From the NCBI GenBank assembly GCA_951406725.2, contig OX597816.1, forward strand, positions 115,382,001 through 115,446,000: 64,000 nucleotides of DNA. The letters run 5' to 3'. Under the pieces are notes generated by a model, which saw nothing but the letters and a program-made list of their open reading frames with translations, was not told the origin of the DNA and did no database searches. The stretch's first letter is position 1, and each line of letters starts with the position of its first letter. The translations under genes and the position numbers were made by a program. Origin of the DNA: Octopus vulgaris (taxonomy: Eukaryota). Below are positions 26,656 through 41,399 of this stretch, piece after piece.

Positions 26656-26779
26656 CACTCCTTCACATTTATACTTAATAGTATAAAGTAATGCACTGCG
26701 TGTCTGACTTACAATGACAGAGAGAAAAAGTTTTCTGCTTTCTCTCCTGCACCTCAACCTTCCTCCTCTTCTTCTTCTT

Positions 26780-26863
<84 letters not shown>

Positions 26864-28520
26864 GTTGTTGTTGTTGTTGTCACTAACAGTATCATCAGAA
26901 TAGTCCTTTTTTGGCGACGATGGATATGATGACAACAATGGTAGTGATGATAGTGGTGTTGATGGTGGTGGTGGTGGTGGTGGTGGTGGTGGAGTTCGTG
27001 TTGGCGCTGGTGGTGAAAAACATGCTGATGATGATGACGAGGCCAAGGACGGCTTTGATGATGTCAATGATGATGATGAGGATGATGATGATGATGATCA
27101 ACATTTTCTTCTTTACCATCATCATCATCATTATCATCATCATCGTCGTCGTCGTCCTCGTCATCATCATCGCCATCAACATCATCATCATCATCATCAT
27201 CATTATTATTATCATTATTATTATCATCATTATTATTATTATTATTATTAATTTTATTGTTATTAACAATGATAATATCATGAGTAAGAACACTTATCTT
27301 CTGTTTTTTTTCCTCTCAGTTTCCAACCCTAAACATTTTAATGCAAACCAAGAGTGCATGACATAAAACTACAGCAACAACAATGAAGACAAAAATAATT
27401 TATCAGGAAAAAAAAAAGCAAAGAAAAAAAAGCTGACAAAAATACAAAAATAAATGTGTGTCCGTATAGGTGACAGAAACCTAAATATCCTTGAACTTCT
27501 CATTCTGCTCACACACACACACACACACACACATGCACACACACACACATGCACACACACACAGACATGCACACGCATGCACACACACATGCATATGCAC
27601 ACACATGTGTGTATGCACACACAGACATGCATGCACACACAGACATGCATGCACACAAACACCCAAATGCACACACAAATGCACTCACACCCTCCCATAT
27701 GTGCTCACATATACATGCACGCATGTATGTGACTGTGCTTGTCTATGCATACGGGTGCATGATTGTGTACATGCATGCATATATGTGGGTGTATATATAT
27801 GTATGTATGTATGCATTTATGTATATGTAGGTATATATATATATGTGTGTAAGTATATGTGGCATATGTGTGTCTATGTATATATATATATATGTATATT
27901 GTATATATCGTATATCTATATATAATGATATATATACATATATATATCATATATATATCTTATATATATATCTTTTTATATATATATATATATATATATA
28001 TGTGAAATACACACATACACACTTATATACATATGCATGATGCAAGTACGTGGGTACCTAGGTACGTATGCATGTATGCATCTAGATATGCATGTAAGTG
28101 TGTGTATATGTAAACGCATATTTTACAAGAATGAATGTGAAACTGTGCTAACGGTATTTTGAGCATTACAATGCGTTCAGTTGTTTGCTATTATAATATT
28201 GAACAATACTCTGTATTCTATCCCTTGTGCTTGGTTACTTCTGTTTCATTTTAAGACGGCTTATTAAGTTGGATGCTTTACTGTCAAACAACGTATGTCT
28301 TTGTCATGGCTTTTGTGTTGCCAAGTTTGCGACTTCCTTAGAAATCTGTTTTAAAAAATAGCAAATGGTTATTTACCGCTGATATTCCTCTGCAGCTATC
28401 AGCATTTATAGATGATCTGAACCCCGCTTTGTACTATTAACTCAATATGGCTCCCACTCATGCATATTTATACTTTAATCAATTAATTGCACTGCCCCTT
28501 TATGTATGTATGATTGTATG

Positions 28521-28553
<33 letters not shown>

Positions 28554-28642
28554 TATATAAGTATGTGTATATATCTATATTGTATATACATAATATATAT
28601 ATGTATATACTCACACACATGTGTGTATATATATGTATAATT

Positions 28643-28677
<35 letters not shown>

Positions 28678-28732
28678 AATGCACACACATGCACATTCAT
28701 ATATAACAGTAATTTCTATATGTGTATGCGTG

Positions 28733-28772
<40 letters not shown>

Positions 28773-29297
28773 GACATACATATATATATGTACATATGCA
28801 TGAAAATGCTTATAAATATCTCTGTGTGTGAGTGTGTGAGTGTATATATATATATATATATCTGTGTTTTTGTGTATGCATCCTTAAATGTACAGTTAAT
28901 TGGTAATTACATGATTCTATCCACACTATAGTTACATGAGGGTATCTGGGTGGGTGATAGTGATCCTGAGTGAAGCTCTACATCACATCAACAGAGATTG
29001 CTAATATGCCTGTATGAAAAACCATGGTTTAGACTTAATTATATGGTTACCAATGCACATGTGTAATAGACTTTTACACACAATTTACCACAAGTATGAG
29101 TGGTTATTGAATGAATTAAAGTTTTGTAGCTATATCATAGCACATACTGGTCACATATGTATGTAATCATGTGTGTAAATATGAGTGTGTTTGAATGTGT
29201 ACACACATACACACATACACATACCTGTAAGTATGTATCGATATATATATATTTATCTATCAAGATATATATATATATATATATATCGATTTATATA

Positions 29298-29342
<45 letters not shown>

Positions 29343-29845
29343 AAACACATATTTTTAAAGGTCTGATGATGTATAAAAAATCAAAATTTCGAAGTAACCG
29401 TCAGCTATATCTTTCTAAATTTGTTAATCACTGAACAGAGAGCTATTGAGTGGTTCTTTGTCTTCATGTCTGACCGTTATTATATATATAAATAAAAACA
29501 AACATTTATTATTTTTTGTAATATCTATAACCCAATTCTTTTTAATATTATGTGTTATCTAGTTCCTAAACTACAAATATATGTTTTAATCAGAGTTGTT
29601 TTGTTTAATAATCTGTATCTATCATACATTAGCTGTTGAATAAATTTGTAACTACTCAACATACAAATAAAGGTTTAATTAAGAGCACATAGCTAGTAAA
29701 TATTTTATCTAAGTTTAGAACATTACTTTTATCACAAGTAAACTCTGAGTGACAAAAGCCTATACATGGTCAGCTACCCTGTTAGAAACAACAGTCAAAT
29801 CTCCCTCAAGTTGTACTTAACAATCTTAAACATGGACATGTTTAA

Positions 29846-30066
29846 CCCTTTTGTTACCAACCCGGTTGAAACTGGCTCAGGCTGTGAGTACAAATGTCTT
29901 GTTTTCATAAGTTTTGAATTAAAATCTTTCACCAAACCTTAGTCACAATTTATGTTCCTAACACTAGCTGAATGATATCCAATTTATTTTACTAAATTCT
30001 TTGTTATATTTAAAATTAATTGAAAGAAACATAGAGCATCTCAAACTAAATACAGCAATGAAAGGG
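29846..30066. mobile_element. piggyBac-type MITE
   Basis: TTAA|CCCTTT...AAAGGG|TTAA: TTAA target duplication with CCC/GGG termini. It is nested in another repeat spanning about 29690-30180. Confidence 0.85.
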
Positions 30067-31384
30067 TTAATAACATCCTGTCAGACTGCACTGTTCTTGA
30101 AGATCAGATGGGATGGCTATATTTGAATATCCTTGATTATAAATTTGCATTATCCTGGCTGTGCAGGGGCTTAAACAACAATAAGAACCAAGCCATAGTT
30201 AGAAATGTACTTTTACACAGAGGTCTAGACAGAGTTTGTGTTGCCTGGTGCAGTCATTGAATTTTCCACCCCTCTTTCATGAAAAACATAACGTAGTACA
30301 CATCAAACGCACTTAAACAAAAACATGCCAACTAAAATGGACCACCCGCTTTGGACACTTTTCAGCTACTTTTCTGTTGTTATGCATCAAAATGTTCAGC
30401 AACAGCGTTTGCAAGCGTAATGAGATTTATTCATTATTCAGATAAAAACTAGTAATTAATGATTTTTAAAATTATATTAATATCAACCAAATTATATACT
30501 GAGATATATAGAAATATATTTCAATTACGAGTAACAAATTTCAATTGATTATCTAAAGACATGATATAAAACTACACAATAAATTTACTATCATAGAGAA
30601 ACTAAAATGAAATATATTTGCAGATACAGTTTATAGAAAATTACATCCTTACATTCATTCAATTTTTACATCCTTTGCCCCACCTTCACTTCCTTCTCTT
30701 TGTCATTGTCATCATTATTTTATTTGCATTGTTCTGGTATTCCATCTGTTCACAGTTCTCTCCATTTTTACAGTAGCATTTTCTGTGAGCAGATTCAAAT
30801 AAAGTATGTAGTTTGTCATGATATGTGGTTTCTGCCTGATAAATATGTTTGAGGTATTTCTAAACATATGAAACTATTAGTAGCTCATAAAGTGTACTGT
30901 GTCTATCAAATAATATTTATCTCTAACCAAATAGAGTATTTTTCTTTTGTTGATCTTACCATCATGGTACAGTACATTATAAATATATATCTTATATTCA
31001 TACATTCATATATACATGTTTTTATATAGAGTAATAGACACAAACACACACACACTCTTCATCCCTTCCATGGCTAGCCAACTGAGGTGATAGCCCATTG
31101 TTTTGCATTAGCCAATTTCAAAAAGAAAATCCTGTCCTAACATTATTTTAAAAAATTTTGATTAACCAATGTAAGTGCTTAGTGGAAAATAAGCACGCAT
31201 GTAGAACTGTGCTTTTTATGACCATATGTAGATGAGGATTTGTCCTCTAATTGCAAATATAATCTGAGATAATTGCAGTTTTAAAATACACTATGTAAAA
31301 TTTTATGTACATACATATCTATATACATAGATAGATATAGATAGATATGTATGTGAGTGTGTGTATGAGTATATGTACATGTAT

Positions 31385-31570
31385 TATTATTCAGCTTTAT
31401 TTCAAGATTTCTTGCCAATAGATCCAAGGTTCCTTCATTGGAATGTCAACATTAACAGGGTATTTTTGTATGTATGTATGTATGTATGTATGTATGTATG
31501 TATGTATGCATGTATGTATGTATGTACGTATGTATGTATGTATGTATGTATGTATGTATGTGTGTGCGTG

Positions 31571-31606
<36 letters not shown>

Positions 31607-31700
31607 TGTATATATGTATGTATATGTGCAGATTTATATGCTTTGCTTTATGTCTGTCTTCTCATGCATATACTTGCATATCTAGACATGTTCATATACA
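31385..31700 (-). mobile_element. 3' UTR of a REL-type LINE carrying an internal (TACA)n tract
   Basis: Reverse complement of 49360-49540 (TTGGCAAGAAATCTTGAAATAAA terminus). Confidence 0.8.
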
Positions 31701-32360
31701 TTAGGTCATCCCATAAATAATGCGGTTATTTTCAATTACATGAACTAAAAAGTCAGAGGGGGATGGGATAAACTACCTGCATCAACTTGCTATAAAAGCA
31801 GGTAGGAATTTTACTTTGTCCTTATTCTTAGTGCAAGTTTTGAAGAGTACAGTTCGATTTTAACAATTATTTTTTCAAAGCAATAATGGAAGTGACAAAA
31901 GAACATATTCAAGCATATTTTGTTTTATGAGTTCAATAAAGGCAACAACACAATGGAAAGTGCAAGGAATATTAATGCAGTATATGGGGATCAAATAATA
32001 AGTATAAGCCAGTGTCAACGGTGATTCCAGAAATTTTGAGCTGGAAACTACAGCCTAGAAGACAAACCTCATCCTGGAAGATCTGTAGAACTCAATGAGA
32101 ACGTCCTGCAAAACCTAGTGGAACAAAATCCCGTCATAACAGTTGAGAAACTAGCAGAGAAGTTTGCATTTGGTAATTCAACCAGTCATTCAAGTCAGAG
32201 CTAGAAGTCAAATGACCATCTTTGGTTTCAAGATGAAAGTTATTCTTCCATCATTATAATGCTTGGCCACATACTGTGAAGATGACATTCCAAAGGATGG
32301 AACAGTTTGAATGGGAAATGACACCCACCCACCCACCATATTCACCAGTCTTCAAAATCA
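31701..32360 (+). mobile_element. Mariner relic with internal deletion
   Basis: MEVTKEHI..ILFYEFNKG..ARNINAVYGD..SLEDKPHPGRS N-terminus, later HPPYSP; 5' terminus TTAGGTCATCCCATAAATAATGCGG. Confidence 0.85.
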
Positions 32361-32924
32361 TAAAGCTAAGCCCTCAAAAGACATGAAACATAAAGTCATC
32401 CCATAAACTGGCCTTATCTAACTTTAATATGTGGCAGTGTGGTAAGTAGTTTGCTTAACAACCACATGCTTCCGAGTTCAGTCCCACTGCATGACACCTT
32501 GGGCAAGTGTCTTCTACTATAGCCTCGGGCTGACCAAATAGAGCGGAAAGGGAAATGAAAATGAGAAAAATACAAAAGGAGAGAAATGAGGAAAAATGTA
32601 AAAATGAAGGAGTTGATAAGATCGAAGGATATTGTGTGTAATCTTAGAAGTGAAATAAAGATAGGAGGTCTGCATAAGTCTTAAAAATATACTGTTAAGA
32701 CAGTGAACAAAGACAAAAATATATGCTTATAAAATATAGTTATATGAAGATGATCTACCCAGTGCCCATGGATACAACGGACTACACTGTAATCATTCCA
32801 AGAATATGAACTGTGATTTTAAGAGACACATGATTTGTGGAAACGTGTGTAGTGATGCATTGAATGTTTATAACTTCCATCCAAGGATTATTGTTATTAT
32901 TACTATATATATATATATATATAA

Positions 32925-33660
32925 CTTAGATTGGTTTCAGCCATTATTGGCCGATGCCATGACTAACACAATAGCACCACCTGGAAAAGTCTTTTAGTTA
33001 ATTACTTTGGCACACCATGGACCACTCAAGTGGAGAGTTGTTGTTGGTTGAGACGTATCCAGGTGTAGGTGGTTTGTCTGGTATTTCCTGGAAAAATTTG
33101 TCCAGGTACCGGTTGAAAGTTGTGGGGTCCTGTTCTACATTAATTTCTTTTGGGATAACTTGAAAAGTGCAGGACCATCTGCAGTGAAGAAATTGTGTCA
33201 CAATGTTCTTATGTGATGTGATCTCAACCTTTGTAGGAGATGCATTGCATGGGGATCTAGCCTTGAGTGAATTATAAACATAATACCGATATCATTTGGA
33301 TAATATAGGTAAAATATTTTCCACATGGTGCAAATAATGTATCGCTCATGACAGCGTTGCAGAGAATAGAGCTTCAGCTGTTTAAGTCGAGCCCAATAAT
33401 CAAGTCCCATCATGCCATTTATTTTTTTTTTGTGATTGATCTTTGTGGCATTTCAATCCTCATCATGTCTTGTTTTGTAGGGGGGGGGGGCGCACAATGG
33501 GCAGCAGTATTCGAGGTGAGGCCTAGTGAATGTGGAGAAGAGAAGTATGATGGTTTCATGATCCTTAGATTGGAAAGCTCCGAGGATCCATGAGCACATT
33601 TTGCTGGCAACATCGACTTTTTTGTTGATGTGCACACTCCAACTAAGGTTGCTGTTGATA
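32925..33660 (-). mobile_element. CR1-clade LINE 3' fragment
   Basis: RPHLEYCCPL, LDYWARLKQLKLYSLQR, LDKFFQEIPDKP motifs. Confidence 0.88.
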
Positions 33661-33699
<39 letters not shown>

Positions 33700-34439
33700 T
33701 ACATATGTATGCATTTACACATATATCATCATTATCATCATAATCATCATCATCATTGCTTTAATGTCCACTTTTCCATGGCTGCATGGGTTAGACAAAA
33801 CCTCGTTAAGTAGATTTTTCTGTAGCCAGGTGCTCCTCCTGCTCCTAACCTTGAAAGTAAGGTAATATTCCCCCTAGTCCTTTAAAAAAAACGAAACAGA
33901 TTGTTCAATCATTGGACATGTTCACACCAGATTATATACAAATGGCGCCATTTGTAAGACAGGCAATGATTACAGTGAATGCACATATGTCAAGAGATGG
34001 GAAAAATGCAAACCCAATCACGTGCAAATATATACACACTCGTACATTCATACATATGCATATATAGTTTGAGTTTATCTTTTTATTTTAATGTTTTATT
34101 TATTTACTACTAATATTTTATGAATGTATTTATTTTAATTATATAATTTTTATAATTTTGTGACTCAAACATCAGTTTTACATTTTGTCATTTATCTTCG
34201 GAAAGTTTGAAGAATAAAACTTGGGAAAAATTAAGAAAAATCTCACCAACATGAAACTTATTTCTTCCATCCAATAAACCAAGTTATTTTCATCTTTAGG
34301 TGACATGCCTGACTCACATCCATACATGCCATCACTAAGACTGATGAATAAAACAGAATATGTCAAACTTTGGTTAGCAGTTACAACAGTTCTTATGCTT
34401 TTGTCATATTTAGAAAAATGCATTTCCATTTTTGTACAA

Positions 34440-34486
<47 letters not shown>

Positions 34487-34687
34487 TGCACATAATCACA
34501 TACACATGAGCATGCACTCACACACACACACACACACACATGCACATACACATACACACAGACATGTATACATATAGTTTTGCTTTTTGTACTTTTCTGT
34601 TAATTTTGTTGCCTGCTTTATTTAATTCCTCCTCCACCTTTACCCCTCCCCCTTTCTCCTTCTATATTTATTTATTGATTTAGTCAT

Positions 34688-34718
<31 letters not shown>

Positions 34719-35073
34719 TACATATATGCTCTGATCTTTTCCGATCTCTCTTCCGATTATCGTGATGGTGCCAGCAGCCAATTTAACACGGTTTATACAG
34801 ATACCATTGTTTGATCTTTATTGCTTTGAATTTGTTGATATCTTTTCCTTTCTAGAGGAAAATTCCCCAATTAATCAAGAAATCACAAGTGAAGTATCTT
34901 CACTAAGTTACTTCATCCAAACTAAAACAACATTATTATTTGTACTTTACGTTAGTGTTCTTCAAAAAATAAAATAAATGTAAAAAAAAACAAACACAGA
35001 AAACAAATTCACTAATAACAACAACAACAACAACAATAATAATGACAATAATAATAATGATGATGATAATAAC

Positions 35074-35117
<44 letters not shown>

Positions 35118-35403
35118 CGATGATGATGATAATAATAATGATAATAGTAACAACAACAGTAATGATACAAATATTAACAATACAAATCGTAAATAACCAA
35201 ATGAAAAATATATAAAGTACAACAATAACAACAACGTTGGAAACTATATGAAACATAATTCGACCCTTATCCACCCCCATCTTTGTCATGTGTTAGATTT
35301 CAGAAGATTTTTCCACTAATTTGCTTTTGTTTTATCAAATTACAATTGGTCTCGCCCTTGCAGAGGAGTTTTGGATGAATGTATGCAAATATGTATGTAT
35401 GTA

Positions 35404-35440
<37 letters not shown>

Positions 35441-35606
35441 ATGTATGTATGTATGTATGTATGTATGCATGTATATATGCATGCATGTATGTATGTATGT
35501 ATGTATGTATGTATGTATGTATGTATGTATGTATGTATGTATGTATGTATATGTCCATATACATGTGGATGTATGTTTTATGTGTCTGTATCTCTCTTTA
35601 AAAACA

Positions 35607-35646
<40 letters not shown>

Positions 35647-35806
35647 CCTTACTCCCCATCTGTGAAAGTGTGTGAATGTGTGTATATGTATGTGTGTGTG
35701 TATATATATATATGTATGTATATATATATATGTATGTATATACACAAACACAGATATACTTACATGTGTGTACATACACACATGCACACACACACACATA
35801 TATATA

Positions 35807-35867
<61 letters not shown>

Positions 35868-35900
35868 GTATGTATATGTATATATATATATATATATATA

Positions 35901-36273
35901 GGCGCAGGAGTGGCTGTGTGGTAAGTAGCTTGCTAACCAACCACACGGTTGCGGGTTCAGTCTCACTGCGTGGCATCTTGGGCAAGTGTCTTCTGCTATA
36001 GCCCCGGGCCGACCAATGCCTTGTGAGTGGATTTGGTAGACGGAAACTGAAAGAAGCCTGTCGTATATATGTATATATATGTATATGTGTGTGTGTTTGT
36101 GTGTCTGTGTTTGTCCCCCTAGCATTGCTTGACAACCGATGCTGGTGTGTTTAGGTCCCCGTCACTTAGCGGTTCGGCAAAAAGAGACCGATAAAATAAG
36201 TACTAAAAGGTGGTGCTCCAGCATGGCCGCAGTCAAATGACTGAAACAAGTAAAAGAGTAAAAGAGTAAAAGA

Positions 36274-36275
<2 letters not shown>
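35901..36275 (+). mobile_element. SINE family A, near full length
   Basis: Close match to 22687-23108 with a short internal deletion near 36203. Confidence 0.9.
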
Positions 36276-36360
<85 letters not shown>

Positions 36361-36764
36361 TTAGATAGATAGATAGACAGACAGACACAGATATGTGTCT
36401 TATATATACACTTCATAGTTAAAAGCATTATTATTTCTGCAAATGTCATTAATTTGGAGCAACGCTTGTCAAATATGTATCATGTTATAAATATCTGTTC
36501 AGGTAATTAGTCTATGCATAAATGTATTCGTGTGTTTATGAATGTATTTATGTACATTTTAAGCTACCGTACACACTTCTTATTCATCTTCGGCCTTTAT
36601 TTTGTGACAAAATGTCCATATTTTTGTGTATGGGTTAGTGTATCTTTTCCTCCCTATCTATGTATCTCCCTGTTTACTAAGATATATTTCATAGATATAT
36701 ATGTTCACAGCACTCAAACACACACTCATCATGTGCATAAGTATAACTCCTCCTAAATATATAT

Positions 36765-36990
36765 GTTCTTTTATTCTTTTTATTCTGTTACTGGTTTCAG
36801 TCATTTGACTGCAGCCATGCTGGAGCACCACCTTTAGTCGAAGAAATTGACCCAAGGACTTATTCTTTGTAAGCCTAGTACTTATCCCATCAATCTCTTT
36901 ACAGGGATGCTAAGTTACAGGGATGTAAACACACCAACATCTGTTGTCAAGCGATGGATTTGTGGCAAACACAGACACACAAATATATAC
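36765..36990 (-). mobile_element. SINE family A, 3' half
   Basis: TTTCAGTCATTTGACTGCAGCCATGCTGGAGCACCACC; a decayed head lies near 37740-37890. Confidence 0.85.
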
Positions 36991-37000
36991 ATATATATGT

Positions 37001-37061
<61 letters not shown>

Positions 37062-37143
37062 ATCTATATCTATATATATATTGATAGATAGATAGATAGA
37101 CAGACAAACAGACAGACAGACAGACACAGACAGACAGACAGAC

Positions 37144-37200
<57 letters not shown>

Positions 37201-38004
37201 CATGGACAGATAGATAGGAACTGAACAAACGAGGTTTATTTTCGAGGAACTGGACAAAAAAATGGTTGACAAACAAAAACAAAATAAATTAAACAATTGA
37301 TTAGTTAGTTGAATATTTAAACAATTGACGAAGAATAAGGAGTGGAATTGAACCAGTGCATGTGTTAATTATATTAGCATGATGATGCTCCCGAGACACA
37401 GCAACATTTATTCAACACATGAATTCATATTAAGAATCTTGCAAACCAGATACAAAAATGAAATATCGTGTTTTCTTTTTCTTAAATACAAACTGTCAAA
37501 TTTAGCCCAAACACTCTGTATGTATGCATATGTATGTCTACATACATACAAACACACACTCACACACTTCTTTCCTTTTTTCCTGAGCGCCCAATAATAC
37601 TATACTTTTCCACATCCTCGCGTTGTTGTGTTTTCTCTTTGTGTTTTCATGTTTGGATTAACCATATATACATATATACATATACGTATATACATATATA
37701 CATATATACATATATACACACACATACGTACACACACATATAAAATAGTTCTTGTCTACCAAATCAACTTACAAAGCATTGGTTTGCTTGGACATAGATT
37801 AGAATACACCAAACTTTGGTGCTGTGCTGTGGGACTGCTTCCAATACCATATAGTTGAGAAAGAAACTTTTTAGTACAGGCACATCTGCACTTACATGTA
37901 TCACAATCTGTCAGTATCTATCTTTCGATCTACATCTCTATCTATCTTTCCATCTATTTACGTACTTATCTAAATATATAACTACATACTATATATACAC
38001 ATAG

Positions 38005-38178
<174 letters not shown>

Positions 38179-38819
38179 TATACTACATCATTTTCATTCT
38201 TATTTCTACTGTTCCAAAATGGCATGAACTGGCCGTAACATTCTCAATTTGAGAATTGGTGCATAATAAATTGATATCTTCCCAGATACCAACTGTTTTA
38301 GTCACCTTTTATAACATCCTGAGGCATAGTGTACCTCTTCTAGAACATTGTTTAGAATACACACAGTATATACCCTCAAATTAAATATTTTGGTGTTAAC
38401 GTTATAAATCAAGGAAAAGATATTGCAGACATCTTGTGTTCATCCACACTACTTCTTAATTTCAGTTGTCTAAACTTCAGGCAATACCAATATTGTATCC
38501 TAGGAATAAAGGTGAAAATATAATACATGACTATGGAGGAAGGAAAATGAGAGCCTATATAGAGGTATGTAATGAGTATGTGTTATTGACAAGGCCTAAG
38601 AAGACCAAAATAAAACCTAGAATTCCTATGAGTCACAGCTGCGATAATGCTGTTTTGCTTCATGATATAGGGTGTTTTTTAAATTACATTTACAATATGG
38701 AAAGCGAATAAAAAAAAAAAGATAACTCAGCAGGGTTTATTGGAAAACATAGGCAAATTGTTCTATTGATTGTATCAGATGGGACCCTCATAAGTATATA
38801 TACACGTATATATATGATA

Positions 38820-39470
38820 TGTCATAAGCTATCAGATCTTGGCATTGCTGGTAAACTGAGATAGTGACTGCATAACTTCCTTAAAGACAGAAGTCAGGTT
38901 GTTGCAGCCAATGGTGTTCTTTCTGAGGAAACTCAAGGAACTGGTCTGGGATCATTACTGTTCATAATAGATCTCTTAGACGAGCCCATGGTCACTCAGA
39001 CAACCTCTGTCACTAGTTATACTGATGATGCAAAATTATCACAGGCAATGAAAAACCAAGATGAAGTTGCAAGCTTATAGTGGGACCTAAATTCAATATA
39101 CAAGTGGGCCCAAATAAACAATATGTGATTTAATTCTGGAAAATTTCAAGCACTGCACTATCAACTCATGAATACATTATAATCTACATATACAGGACCC
39201 GAAGGCACTACAATCCTAGAATAACAAGCATCGAAAAACTTGAGGATCAGTATACGCAATGGTGCGTCATCTTACATGTGCATTACCAAGATGGCAGCAA
39301 AGTGTAGACATCTGGTTGGATGGATACTGAGGTCCTCCAAGGCAAGAGACCAAGGAACTATGTTGATCCTGTGGAGAACCTTTGTTCTCAGCCACCTGGA
39401 CTATTTACTGCTCCCAGTTATGGTCATCACATTGTGTCAAACTAACAGCAGAGTTTGAAGCAGTCCAACA
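38820..39470 (+). mobile_element. Decayed CR1-type RT fragment
   Basis: LHNFLKDRSQVVAANG, QGTGLGSLLFI, SYTDDAKL and WILRS..FVLSHLDY, with stops. Confidence 0.8.
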
Positions 39471-39501
39471 GTGAGAACAAGACACCCTGTATATACATAA
39501 A

Positions 39502-40370
39502 CAGGGTGCAGAGAATATATTTCTGTTTAAATTACACAAAAATGAAAATAACACTGACATCTCATTTCAACAGATATATTTACCAAAATTACATAAAATT
39601 ACAAAAATTGAAATACTAAAGAGTAAATTTATTCAATAAAATCGCCATAGTCTTCAACCATGGCCTCCAGACCACTTCAGAATCTCCTGCAACTCTTCTG
39701 GATGGTCTCCTTGTTTAAGTAGGTGAATGCTGCCATAATCCTTGCCTTCAGTTCATCTTTGGTGTTACAAGGAGTTTTGTTCGTCTCTCGCTCAACTGCA
39801 CCCCAAGCATAATAATCAAGGGGATTGTAGTCTGGGGAGTTAGGTGGCCAGATGTTAGGAGTGATGTGGTCACAGCAATTGTCTGACAGCCATGACTGGG
39901 TTCTCCTGCTTGTGTGGCATGGTGCAGAGTTCTATTGGCAGACATAGGGTCTTTCAGGAGCCACCCTCTTGATCCAGTCTCATAATGTAGGTCTCCATGT
40001 GGAGTTCGAAGCCATGTGGGGAAGATAAATGACAGCATAACATTGCCATCACTAGTGATCACCCCAAACACCATGATCTTGACTGGATGTTTGATTTTTA
40101 TCACTTTCAGTACATGTCCTCAGATTGCTCTGTCTTTAAATTGACACCTAAACACTCTGAAATGTTCATATTGGAGATTTCTAGTATGAATGCCAAGCAG
40201 TACAGCATGTTGTTTCCAAATTTCTGGTAGAGTGAATTGCAACATGGAACTGTTTTTCTCACAGATGTTACCCAACTAACCACTATGCTGTGTAGTCAAC
40301 AAAATCAAAAACAAAGCACGTGTGCAAAATTAGAAATATAAAATTGTGACAATTTACACATTACACTCTG
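39502..40370 (-). mobile_element. Tc1/mariner superfamily relic, maT (DD37D)-like
   Basis: KHPVKIMVFGVITSDG and WPPNSPDYNPLDYYAWGAVE motifs; CAGGGTG/CACTCTG termini. Confidence 0.82.
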
Positions 40371-40384
40371 TATACATATATATG

Positions 40385-40428
<44 letters not shown>

Positions 40429-41240
40429 GACAGGTAGGTAATCAGATAATGTGGTATTATTATCATCATTATCATCATTTAGAATACAGACACTAGATGA
40501 TAAGGATGATGATGATGATGATGATGACAATGTTGAGGATGATGATGATGATGATGATGATGACGATTGTTATGGCGATGCCACTTAAGCTGATTACCTA
40601 CTAGTCTATGTTCATAGGTCTTCCTGCTCACCCATAACTGAAAATAAAGAAACAAAAAGAAAAAAAAAAACTTTCACCATCATCATAAGGATCATCCAAC
40701 AACCAATATTGACTGTTGGAATGGTGATGGCAGCATCAGCAGCAGGGCTATCTTCATTTCACTGTCTCTACCACCATCATCACACCACTACAAACCAGTC
40801 GTCACTACTAACTGTTACCCACACTTCACAATCAACAGACCCTTCCTTCTGCACTTTTCTCCTTCACTACTCCCCTTAAATCGTTATTTTACAAAATTTT
40901 CTTTCCATTTATTCAATAGGAATGAATGCACATCATCACCACCACTTAGACACCTATATACATCCACCAAAACTACCACCACCATTGTTGACATTGCCAC
41001 CACAGCAGCCACTGCTATCACCACCGCCACCACTGCCACCACCGCCACCACTGCAGCTAATGCTGCCACAGCCACCATCACCACCGTCATCATCCCCACC
41101 ACCATCATCATCACCACTATATGTCCACCTACACTATCCCCCTCACACTACCACTACTGTCACTTCACACAAAGATATTCATCTATTTCTAAAAATTCAA
41201 ATAAAATTTAATACACATACATATACACATATATGCATAC

Positions 41241-41271
<31 letters not shown>

Positions 41272-41358
41272 TTGCATACATATGCATGTGTGTATATAAA
41301 TATGCATATGTGTGTATATAAATATGTATAAATATGTATATATACGTGTATATATGTA

Positions 41359-41399
<41 letters not shown>

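Noticed and set aside
29362-29405. CTGATGA...TCGAAG hammerhead-like remnant
   Set aside because: No pairing in stem II and an imperfect GAAA.
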